DNA from: a virus
Lineage: Duplodnaviria > Caudoviricetes
Length of the DNA stretch: 64,000 nucleotides
Strand: one strand, 5' to 3'
IMG/VR virus record: IMGVR_UViG_3300025892_000008
Shown here: one piece after another, positions 9,734 through 17,157 of the stretch
Numbering within the stretch: position 1 is the stretch's first letter
Layout of the letters: each line of letters starts with the position of its first letter
Position numbers and translations under genes: made by a program
Notes under the pieces: generated by a model
Told to the model about the DNA's origin: nothing
Database searches by the model: none
Seen by the model: only the letters and a program-made list of their open reading frames with translations

Positions 9734-10533
9734 TGTTCTAATATCCTTCTAGCCTTACCTGTTTTTAACTCACTCATATGAAATTGTCCGTAAGCCAAAT
9801 GACAACCCCATTCGTATAATTTATCTTTGTCCGGGTAGTACGGATTTTCTATTTGAGATAAATCTTTTGAACCGACAGGAGAAGCAGCACTTGTAGGTGC
9901 TAACGGAAATACTGGTATTCCATGAAATACTGATTCTACAGCAGCATTACTATTAAATGTAACTAGTGCGTATACATCATCATCTAGTGCTTGTTGTAGA
10001 GTATCGGTTACAACTCTATCTATCCTATTTTTACTTCTTGATCTTATTTCTATAGGTCTATCGGTATGCTTTTTTAATTCAGCAGTTGTATCTTCTATCC
10101 ACTGTTCTAAATCTTTTTCATAAAACTTCATTGGTTTTTCGTCGGGTGCTGCAATTAAAATTTTTCTTCCGTCTTTCTTCCACGGGTTAAACTTTTTTTT
10201 AAACGAATCAAATCTGTTAGAAGGGCGTTTTATTATATCGTTGTGTTGTAAATCGTTTTTAACAATTCTGTGCCAATACTTCCAACCATTAGGATTACTT
10301 ATTGTTTGTTCATTACCAAAGTATCCTGTATCCATATAATAAAAATCTCTACCATCTTTCCAGCATTTACGTATCCATTTCTTTTTTAGAATACCTCGTA
10401 ATACAATTGGATCTTCAGAAGCGTCATAATCAAAGTTGTTAGAGTCTACAGTCATTACACCACAACCTCTTGCAAAGTCATTTATATAAGGGTCTTGATT
10501 ACCTTTGCTTATAAAAATCCAATTACGTTTCAC
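9730..10533 (-). CDS. GT-B KpsS/KpsC-like protein, paralog E
   Basis: YYMDTGY, WHRIVKN, VTFNSNAAVESVFHGIPV, GQFHMSELKTG. Confidence 0.6.
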   Translation of the reverse strand: MKRNWIFISKGNQDPYINDFARGCGVMTVDSNNFDYDASEDPIVLRGILKKKWIRKCWKDGRDFYYMDTGYFGNEQTISNPNGWKYWHRIVKNDLQHNDIIKRPSNRFDSFKKKFNPWKKDGRKILIAAPDEKPMKFYEKDLEQWIEDTTAELKKHTDRPIEIRSRSKNRIDRVVTDTLQQALDDDVYALVTFNSNAAVESVFHGIPVFPLAPTSAASPVGSKDLSQIENPYYPDKDKLYEWGCHLAYGQFHMSELKTGKARRILEQ

Positions 10534-11299
10534 GTCTTTCTATATCCTCTTCTATACATTCGCTGCCCCATTGTATCTCTAACACATGTGCATTCACACC
10601 GCCAGGGTTACTTGCTTGATGCCAAACTTCTTTATCTATTTCATATGATCTTGTATGTGGTAATAAATGCACATCATCTACTCTATTATCCCATTCTGTT
10701 TTAATTTTTACAACACCTTGAAGTATTGACCAAACTTCTGATCTCTTAAAATGTTTTTGGTCGCTTAAACTTTTACCTGGATATATTACAAGCTCTTTTA
10801 CTTTGTATCCTGCTTCTGGATTGTGATCTAACACTCTCCAATATCCCCAATCTCTTTCTGTCTTTTGTGTCTTCCATTCGTCTAGAATCCAACTACTTGA
10901 ATTCATTTTGTTTGTACCACCAACACCAAATGCAAATTCTATATTAGGATGATCGCCGTAAATTTTGCTCTCAGGTGTCGTTAAATCTGTCCTGTCACCA
11001 CCATTAGCAAAAACATAATTACAATCTGCTGTTGTCGCCATTAGTTTATATATTGCACCACATGCACTATCGTCATCGTCATTAAATGACAATACTCTAT
11101 CAACAACTTCTAAACTGTTGATAATAGCACACCTGTCTTTGAATGTCATAAATGGTCTGCCTTTTTTACGAGTCAGCCATTCATCAGAATTTAATCCAAT
11201 AACTAGTTCGTCTCCTAGTTCTTTTGCTGCTTTGAAATATTCAATGTGTCCACTATGCAGTGGGTCGAACCCACCTGTTACTAATACTATGGTTTTCAT
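10523..11299 (-). CDS. Fusion of HIGH-family nucleotidyltransferase (TagD/RfaE-II-like) and cupin (MPI type II-like)
   Basis: TGGFDPLHSGH, GLNSDEWL..KKG, FANGGDR, SSS; C-terminal ERDWGYW...LSDQKHFKRSEVW...WHQ. Confidence 0.8.
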   Translation of the reverse strand: MKTIVLVTGGFDPLHSGHIEYFKAAKELGDELVIGLNSDEWLTRKKGRPFMTFKDRCAIINSLEVVDRVLSFNDDDDSACGAIYKLMATTADCNYVFANGGDRTDLTTPESKIYGDHPNIEFAFGVGGTNKMNSSSWILDEWKTQKTERDWGYWRVLDHNPEAGYKVKELVIYPGKSLSDQKHFKRSEVWSILQGVVKIKTEWDNRVDDVHLLPHTRSYEIDKEVWHQASNPGGVNAHVLEIQWGSECIEEDIERRET

Positions 11300-11335
11300 A
11301 GTAGTATTTATGTGCGTAGTTAATGGGAGATAAAA

Positions 11336-12664
11336 TTAAAGAGTTTTGTGCTTTTTCTTTTTTTGTCCAACATTAAACCCTTTCTTTTCAGAAGGTTTAA
11401 AAGGAAAATTGTTTCTAGTAAGGTATTCGTGTAAACAACTTTTATATACACTATTTTTTAATGCAGGAGATAACCAAAGGAATTCTTGTACTAAGTCATT
11501 ATCAAGGAATGGATATCTAGTTTCAACTCCAAAATGTCCTGCTACATATTCTTCTTTATTAAGATATTTTATTTGTGTTCCGTCATAAAAACTTTGCCAA
11601 GGAAAGAATCCATCTAAACTTTCAGGGAAAAGTCCACCGAAGCCGCTGTGTTTATATTTCTTAACCCCACCAAATCCGTAATCACTTATAATTTCATCTG
11701 CACCCTGTCCTGAGAAATAAATTTTTCTTTTCTCTTTATTAGCCCTATGACAAATTGCTGCTAGGCCTTTTGATGCTTGATCTTCTTTTATGTTATATTT
11801 CTTTTTGCCAGTGCCGTAAATAAAATCTTCGCAGTTATTATCTAGCTCTTGTTGCCAATGATTGTATTCGTCTGTAGTAAGATTAAATGCTTCTGCATTA
11901 GTAACTAGTTTTAATCTTCTTTCCATAATTTTAGGATTTTCTGTATTAAGTATGGAATATGTTTTAAAGGAAACATTTTGTTTTTCTAGCTCACAGGTTA
12001 TAGCACCACTGTCATAACCTGAACTTAAACCTACAAACATACCTTGTTTTGTATTTGCAGTTCGTTTACGAATACTATTACTAAATGCTGTTAACCAATC
12101 GTCAAATGTTGTTTTGTGCTGTTTTATATCAAATGTTCTGTTTTCATAACTAGTAAGTTGTGTTAGTGTAGATAAATTAAAAACAAGTGTTGTATTTGAT
12201 TTAAGTTTTTTGCCATTCTTAAATCCTAATCCATCTAGTTGACTATTGTATGATGCAATACAAAATTTATCGTCTCTCATTTCATACCAAAGTGGTTTGC
12301 AACTAAAAGTATCTACAGAAATAATTAGTTTTTGTTTCTTGTAATCAATTAAACATAATGCAAATTCTCCGTCTAAATCTTTTACAAAATGTTCGCCTTT
12401 AGTATTATATAGATCTATAATACATTCACTGTCACTATTATAATTTCCAAATGATGTATAATTATAAATTTCTCCGTTAAAGACACATACTACATCATCT
12501 TTTATTAACGGTTGAGGAGTCAACTCACCTGTAATATGTAACAAATTATGTAGATAATATACTCCACGGATTTTTTCAGCAGTAGTCATGTCAGGACCTC
12601 GGTTCTGACAATGTTTATTTGAGGTTATCGGATCACTATAATTTGTGGCTGCAAATCCGCACAT
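11336..12664 (-). CDS. asnB: Asparagine synthase (glutamine-hydrolysing)-family amidotransferase
   Basis: N-terminal MCG (Ntn Cys), RGPD, FNGEIYN, LSSGYDSG, SGQGADE, RYPFLD. Confidence 0.85.
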   Translation of the reverse strand: MCGFAATNYSDPITSNKHCQNRGPDMTTAEKIRGVYYLHNLLHITGELTPQPLIKDDVVCVFNGEIYNYTSFGNYNSDSECIIDLYNTKGEHFVKDLDGEFALCLIDYKKQKLIISVDTFSCKPLWYEMRDDKFCIASYNSQLDGLGFKNGKKLKSNTTLVFNLSTLTQLTSYENRTFDIKQHKTTFDDWLTAFSNSIRKRTANTKQGMFVGLSSGYDSGAITCELEKQNVSFKTYSILNTENPKIMERRLKLVTNAEAFNLTTDEYNHWQQELDNNCEDFIYGTGKKKYNIKEDQASKGLAAICHRANKEKRKIYFSGQGADEIISDYGFGGVKKYKHSGFGGLFPESLDGFFPWQSFYDGTQIKYLNKEEYVAGHFGVETRYPFLDNDLVQEFLWLSPALKNSVYKSCLHEYLTRNNFPFKPSEKKGFNVGQKKKKHKTL

Positions 12665-12665
12665 A

Positions 12666-13304
12666 TTAAGTCTTTAATTTACTTCTTGCTTTTTTATCTT
12701 TGCCGTCTATATACATGCCGCCTTTTGGGCCTTCCATTCTATGAATCTTAGAATGTAATTGATCAGCATCGATAAATTTATCGCCTGTTTTTCTTACAGC
12801 GTATAAGCGCCAGCGAGATAGTAAAGCAGTTCCTAAAAAAGTATAATCAGAATAATTAGTTATATTATCCCAAAAAGGAATATCGTAATAATATTGACAA
12901 TGTCCAGGCTTTGTTACTCCAAGTTCAGGACCAATGTGTATTGCTATGCCGCCAATTTTTAAACTATTATGAACGTTTAAAAATGCAGTATGTTGAGACT
13001 CGTATGGTTCAACATGTTCTATTGTTCCGGCATTTGTAATTACATCAAAATAATTTTTGAATTCAGTAAAGTCTTCAAGTTTAGACAAATCTTTTACTAG
13101 CGCACCGTCTAATCCATTAAGATCAACTGACGTATGCTCGTAACCTAGTCTTGTAAAATATGCCTTGCCCGTAGTTTCGTGTATTTGTTTGTCTGGACGA
13201 ATAACTTGATTACCAAGTTCTAGCATCTTTAATCCGTATGTGTTTGGATAAATTGGAGTAATATGATCATTCATCCAATTAAGATAAGAGGGTTTGTATC
13301 CCAT
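12666..13304 (-). CDS. Class I SAM-dependent methyltransferase
   Basis: LELGNQ, SVDLNG, FDVITNAGTIEHV. Confidence 0.7.
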   Translation of the reverse strand: MGYKPSYLNWMNDHITPIYPNTYGLKMLELGNQVIRPDKQIHETTGKAYFTRLGYEHTSVDLNGLDGALVKDLSKLEDFTEFKNYFDVITNAGTIEHVEPYESQHTAFLNVHNSLKIGGIAIHIGPELGVTKPGHCQYYYDIPFWDNITNYSDYTFLGTALLSRWRLYAVRKTGDKFIDADQLHSKIHRMEGPKGGMYIDGKDKKARSKLKT

Positions 13305-13892
13305 CTATTTTTCCTTTCTTATGAAAAACAGTCCGCTTTCATTAATATGCTTACCGTTTTCATTATTTTGTTTTGTGCCGGTACATAGTTTTCTTATTTC
13401 TTTTGAATCTGCCTCTGCATAGTTAAACCCTCGGGCTTCCATATGTTCTATCCAATATTCTTGCCATTGACAGTTTACATGATGATGTCCACGTTGTCCG
13501 GGAATACCGTGAGTCATAAAGATATATTTGCCACACGTTAATGTTGTTAATAAGTTATCAATATATTTCTCTTCGACATGCTCTACTACTTCAATACAAT
13601 TTACCATTTCAACTTCCGTAGTGTAACTACCTTCTGTTAAGTCAACTCTTCTTGTCGGGTATACTGCATTGTCTACATTTTGTTGTAAACCTTCAATAGC
13701 ATAAGACCTTAATCCTTGTTGTGCAAACCATTTTGAATGATGGCCGTATCCGCTTCCTACATCAAGTACTGATCTAATATTATATTTTTCTATAATATAT
13801 GTCCATGCTTCTGGAGCAAATGTATGTCTGTTTAATGAAACGTTATTACCACCTAAGTGTGGTTGTGTATTATCTATTATTACTTCTGCCAT
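13305..13892 (-). CDS. Class I SAM-dependent methyltransferase
   Basis: VLDVGSGYG, CIEVVEHV, GHHHVNCQ..EYW; AAGGAG SD. Confidence 0.8.
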   Translation of the reverse strand: MAEVIIDNTQPHLGGNNVSLNRHTFAPEAWTYIIEKYNIRSVLDVGSGYGHHSKWFAQQGLRSYAIEGLQQNVDNAVYPTRRVDLTEGSYTTEVEMVNCIEVVEHVEEKYIDNLLTTLTCGKYIFMTHGIPGQRGHHHVNCQWQEYWIEHMEARGFNYAEADSKEIRKLCTGTKQNNENGKHINESGLFFIRKEK

Positions 13893-13939
13893 TTAGTCTC
13901 CTTATACAGTTACTTATCTGTATGCCATTTATTATATAC

Positions 13940-14398
13940 TTATAGTGATGCATCATCTAGTCCAGCAGTTCTAAGTTTAACAATATTAGATAACTGCCAT
14001 TGTTTAATGTCTAGTCCTTTAATTATTCCTAGCCATTTGTTACGTAGTAGTGCGAATTCATTTATAATTTTTTCGAAGTCAACAACATCGGCTTCGCCAT
14101 CTACAAATTTTTCAGCGTCTCTTGAGCTTAATTGACGTTGATAATTTTCAACATATTTTCTAAAATGTGTTGCACGTAAACGGCGAAGTTCGATGTTTAA
14201 GTATTCGAGTATTGCTTCAATTTCTTGAAGTTGCCCAAATCGAGTTTCAACAAGTGCTGGCATAACCGACGATGCTTTTTCAATACGACCTGTAATATTT
14301 GTTTCCTTTTTTGCTTGCAATAATTCTGCTTCGTAATATTGTACTGCCGCAGGGATATTGTTTACATCTTTAGAAACTTTATCATACCAATTTGTCAT
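13940..14398 (-). CDS. uvsY: UvsY-like recombination mediator
   Basis: Helical protein with Y.ENY.R.LSSRDAEKFVDGE and KGLDIKQWQLSNIVKLRTAG; downstream of uvsX; start moved to MTNWYD. Confidence 0.75.
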   Translation of the reverse strand: MTNWYDKVSKDVNNIPAAVQYYEAELLQAKKETNITGRIEKASSVMPALVETRFGQLQEIEAILEYLNIELRRLRATHFRKYVENYQRQLSSRDAEKFVDGEADVVDFEKIINEFALLRNKWLGIIKGLDIKQWQLSNIVKLRTAGLDDASL

Positions 14399-14399
14399 A

Positions 14400-14621
14400 T
14401 TAATTCCAATCTTCTTCTTCGTCAGTTGGTTCGTCTTCGAGAACATATTCAAGTGCAGCATCAAGATATGTATCTATACCCATCATACCTTCTAATGTTG
14501 ACTCAGGAATATCGTAATCAAGTAATGTATTAACGTATTCTTGAGCAGCCTCTGCTTTATCTTTCTCTGCAATCTTCTCGCTTAAGACACCCCATATGTC
14601 TGCTATCATGTTTGCTTCCAT
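14400..14621 (-). CDS. Small acidic hypothetical protein
   Basis: Fills the uvsX-uvsY gap with 1-3 nt spacing. Confidence 0.7.
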   Translation of the reverse strand: MEANMIADIWGVLSEKIAEKDKAEAAQEYVNTLLDYDIPESTLEGMMGIDTYLDAALEYVLEDEPTDEEEDWN

Positions 14622-14624
14622 ATC

Positions 14625-15695
14625 TTACTCCGCTACAGGTTCAGTTATCTCCTCTAACTCGACTTCGACTGGTTCTACAGTCTCAGGCTCCTTACCAAGT
14701 TCTTCCATAATTATGTTTAGTTTGTCGCCAGTCCAGTTTTTACGATACTCTAAATGGACTTCTCCATTCAAGTCTGTATATTTAAGTCTATTACCATCTT
14801 TCTTAAGCAAACCTTTTGCTTCAAACAAGTCAACACATCCACTGTATGGATCCATTCCTGTTTCATATGGAATCTGTACTTGTACTGCTTCAAACGGCTT
14901 TGCATAACGTGTTTTCATTACCTTACACGCAGCACGAATACCTTGTACTGTAGTAGTCTTATTACCATCTGCGTCTACTTTTAGTTTAAGTTTACGCATA
15001 GCAACAACAATACTTGATGCATATATAAAGCCTTGTCCACCACTAATCTTGTCATCTGGATCAAACATATCTTGTGATGCATATGTGTGGTTAGTACATA
15101 CCATACCTACGTTATAACTACCAATCATATTAACAGTATTACGTACAAGTGATGTTAGTGCTTTAGGCTTACGACCCATATCACCTTTCATATCACCTTT
15201 GTTAAACTGATCAACATCTGTAGGTGTTAGTAACATACCAAGTGAGTCAATTACAAACAATACTTTAGGGCGTTCTTCTTCTGCCATATCTCTGTATTCT
15301 TTCATAAACTCTGATATTGTTTTAGCAACATCATCAATCATGCTCATGTTAAGTTTAAGAATCTTTTCTGGAGATGTGTCTACATCTAATGCGTGTAGCC
15401 ATTTCTCATCTAAGGCATTCTCTGTGTCAATTAGTACTACAAAGATACCTTGTTCTTGTGCCGATTTTACAATATTACCGGCAGCAATATATGATTTACC
15501 TGCACCCGATTCTCCTGCTAATACAGTTACCTTGCCTAGTGGAACACCTTTGTGGAAGTCGCCACTTACAAGATAGTTAAGTGCATAGTTGCCTGTGCTG
15601 ATCCAATCTGTAGGATCATTAAAGCCAATACCAAGTCCGTCAATAGACTTTGTAAGACTTTTTCTAAATTTAGTTACGTCAAACGCTTTTGCCAT
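14625..15695 (-). CDS. uvsX: UvsX/RecA recombinase
   Basis: GESGAGKS Walker A, DTENALD, VIDSLG, ISGGQGFIYASS. Confidence 0.92.
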   Translation of the reverse strand: MAKAFDVTKFRKSLTKSIDGLGIGFNDPTDWISTGNYALNYLVSGDFHKGVPLGKVTVLAGESGAGKSYIAAGNIVKSAQEQGIFVVLIDTENALDEKWLHALDVDTSPEKILKLNMSMIDDVAKTISEFMKEYRDMAEEERPKVLFVIDSLGMLLTPTDVDQFNKGDMKGDMGRKPKALTSLVRNTVNMIGSYNVGMVCTNHTYASQDMFDPDDKISGGQGFIYASSIVVAMRKLKLKVDADGNKTTTVQGIRAACKVMKTRYAKPFEAVQVQIPYETGMDPYSGCVDLFEAKGLLKKDGNRLKYTDLNGEVHLEYRKNWTGDKLNIIMEELGKEPETVEPVEVELEEITEPVAE

Positions 15696-15717
15696 AATTA
15701 CCTTTCCTTTGTTAAAG

Positions 15718-15769
15718 TATGAGAGACCTCGCTGGTTACCGTAAGGAGGTTTTTGCCGGAACTCTCATA
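15718..15769 (-). other. Candidate structured RNA in the ssb-uvsX intergenic region
   Basis: Nested stems UAUGAGAG/CUCUCAUA and ACCUC/GAGGU with an 11-nt bulge and a 15-nt loop; no U-tract. Confidence 0.4.
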
Positions 15770-15775
15770 AACTCT

Positions 15776-16774
15776 TTATTGTTGTCTATTACGGATCATT
15801 GCTAAAATGTCCTGTGCTCTGTTAGCACTGTCGCCACCTTCTGCTGGAGCCGCTTCAGCCACTGGTGCTGTAGTTGCTGCAGGAGCCGGAGCAGTTTCTG
15901 CTACTGGAGCAGGTGCCGCCGCTGGCGCTGGTGTTGCCGCTGGAGTACTTTGAGCTTTGTTTGGATCACCTGTACGTTGTGACACACCCGCTGGACGGAA
16001 GTATTGTCCCCATCTGTCCATATCGTATGCTTCACCATCTACTGATGCTTCGAACATTTCTTTCATTACTTTAAGTTCAACTTCGCCTGGCTTCTTAGGA
16101 AGGAAGTCTGACAAGTTAAACACACCGTTTGAGTCAACTGCTGCTTTTTCTTCATCGCTCAATGCACGCTCTCTACGTGACCACTGTGATGTTGAATAAT
16201 CAGCATAACCACCTTTAGAAGTTTTCTTGATTCTAAAGTCTACACCCTTCATAAAATCAGTTGGCAATTCTTCCAATTCAGGATCCATTAATGCACCCTT
16301 AATAATTTGGAAAATTTGTGGACCAATAATAAAACGTCTAATTGGATTTTCTGGAGTTGAATCCTCACCAATCGGATCTTCGTTTACAAAGCCTTGGAAA
16401 ATGTAAGAACGCTTTTTCCAATACTTACGACCCATATCTTCAAGACTCTTATCTTTAAACCATGGACGTACTTCTGTTAGAATCGGACAAGTAGTACCAT
16501 CGTTGTACATTTCCACACATGGAACCTGCACAATTAAGTTACGGTTATCTGATTCGCCTTTAATACCTGCGAAAGGTAATTTAATCATCGCACGTTCTAC
16601 CCAAAAGAATGTGTTGTCAGTGTTACCGTCTGGTAAGAATCTTACCACGGCTTCCTTGCCTTCTTGCATATTCCAATGTGGGTAAATTGCGTTGTCTCCG
16701 CCTCCAGTAGAATTACCAGATGAGCGATTTTGTTGTTCCGCTAGTTTTGCGCGGATCTCTGCTAATGATGCCAT
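15776..16774 (-). CDS. ssb: Single-stranded DNA-binding protein (T4 gp32-like)
   Basis: VRFLPD, VQVPCVEMY..G.TCPI, KYWKK, IGPQIF, GYADYSTS; Ala/Pro-rich linker; GGAGG SD. Confidence 0.85.
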   Translation of the reverse strand: MASLAEIRAKLAEQQNRSSGNSTGGGDNAIYPHWNMQEGKEAVVRFLPDGNTDNTFFWVERAMIKLPFAGIKGESDNRNLIVQVPCVEMYNDGTTCPILTEVRPWFKDKSLEDMGRKYWKKRSYIFQGFVNEDPIGEDSTPENPIRRFIIGPQIFQIIKGALMDPELEELPTDFMKGVDFRIKKTSKGGYADYSTSQWSRRERALSDEEKAAVDSNGVFNLSDFLPKKPGEVELKVMKEMFEASVDGEAYDMDRWGQYFRPAGVSQRTGDPNKAQSTPAATPAPAAAPAPVAETAPAPAATTAPVAEAAPAEGGDSANRAQDILAMIRNRQQ

Positions 16775-16833
16775 TTTGTAGCCTCCTTTGTTTGCCTAAT
16801 TTAAATGTCATTTATGCCTTATGCATACGTACT

Positions 16834-16862
16834 ATTATATGCAACTTTATTTATCTTGTCAA
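16834..16862 (-). promoter_or_regulatory. Consensus sigma70 promoter TTGACA-17-TATAAT for ssb-uvsX-uvsY, with GATAAATA inside the spacer
   Basis: TTGACA at 16862-16857, TATAAT at 16839-16834, 17-nt spacer. Confidence 0.85.
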
Positions 16863-16896
16863 GTGTATTTTTAACTAAATGTGATTTTGTTTAGCC

Positions 16897-16929
16897 AAAA
16901 GGAAAGGATCCGAAGATCCTTTCTTTATT
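16897..16929 (-). terminator. Rho-independent terminator with cUUCGg tetraloop, downstream of pqqA
   Basis: GAAAGGATC-TTCG-GATCCTTTC followed by CTTTT; T-rich on the other side as well. Confidence 0.8.
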
Positions 16930-16962
16930 CGCAGTCTAATGTTTCTATTAGTCTGCTCATAT

Positions 16963-16988
16963 CTACTTCTACTTCTACTTCTACTTCT
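16963..16988. repeat. Hexamer tandem repeat (CTACTT)x4
   Basis: Directly visible just downstream of the pqqA stop. Confidence 0.9.
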
Positions 16989-16992
16989 TTGT

Positions 16993-17064
16993 CTATCGGT
17001 TGGCTATGTACATCGTTACTTCGAAGCCGAATCTCATCTCTATTGCTTGAGGTTTTGTCCACAT
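16993..17064 (-). CDS. pqqA: Pyrroloquinoline quinone precursor peptide PqqA
   Basis: Manual translation [23 protein letters not shown] (23 aa). It has the MWTKP start and GFEVTMY core with Glu15/Tyr19; AAAGGA SD lies 7 nt upstream. Confidence 0.93.
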   Translation of the reverse strand: MWTKPQAIEMRFGFEVTMYIANR

Positions 17065-17081
17065 ATTGATTTCCTTTATAT

Positions 17082-17117
17082 AAAAAAAATAGTGTAGCAG
17101 TTTCCTACTACACTATT
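17082..17117 (-). terminator. Rho-independent terminator (GAAA loop) after the 982-aa gene
   Basis: AATAGTGTAGTAG-GAAA-CTGCTACACTATT followed by a T run; TAAATA at 17122-17117 abuts its 5' arm. Confidence 0.8.
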
Positions 17118-17157
17118 ATTTAAACATCTTTACGTATAAAATCAATACGTAAAATCA

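Noticed and set aside
11336-12664. AsnB as an amino-acid auxiliary metabolic gene
   Set aside because: Its context among glycosyl- and methyltransferases favours small-molecule or glycan amidation.
15725-15760. Resemblance of GCAAAAACCUC...AGCGAGGU to the P2 arm of a c-di-GMP-I riboswitch
   Set aside because: The P1 stem with its GNRA tetraloop and the receptor are missing; kept only as a generic structured-RNA candidate.
16963-16995. TAG recoding (alternative genetic code) suggested by the in-frame TAG run after pqqA
   Set aside because: Long genes are intact under the standard code, genes ending at 35970 and 43973 use TAG as a stop, and PqqA ends at its expected length.
16881-17069. 62-aa + strand ORF in the track (ISTSTSTSTS)
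   Set aside because: It is the antisense shadow of pqqA and the hexamer repeat, crosses two terminators and has no SD.
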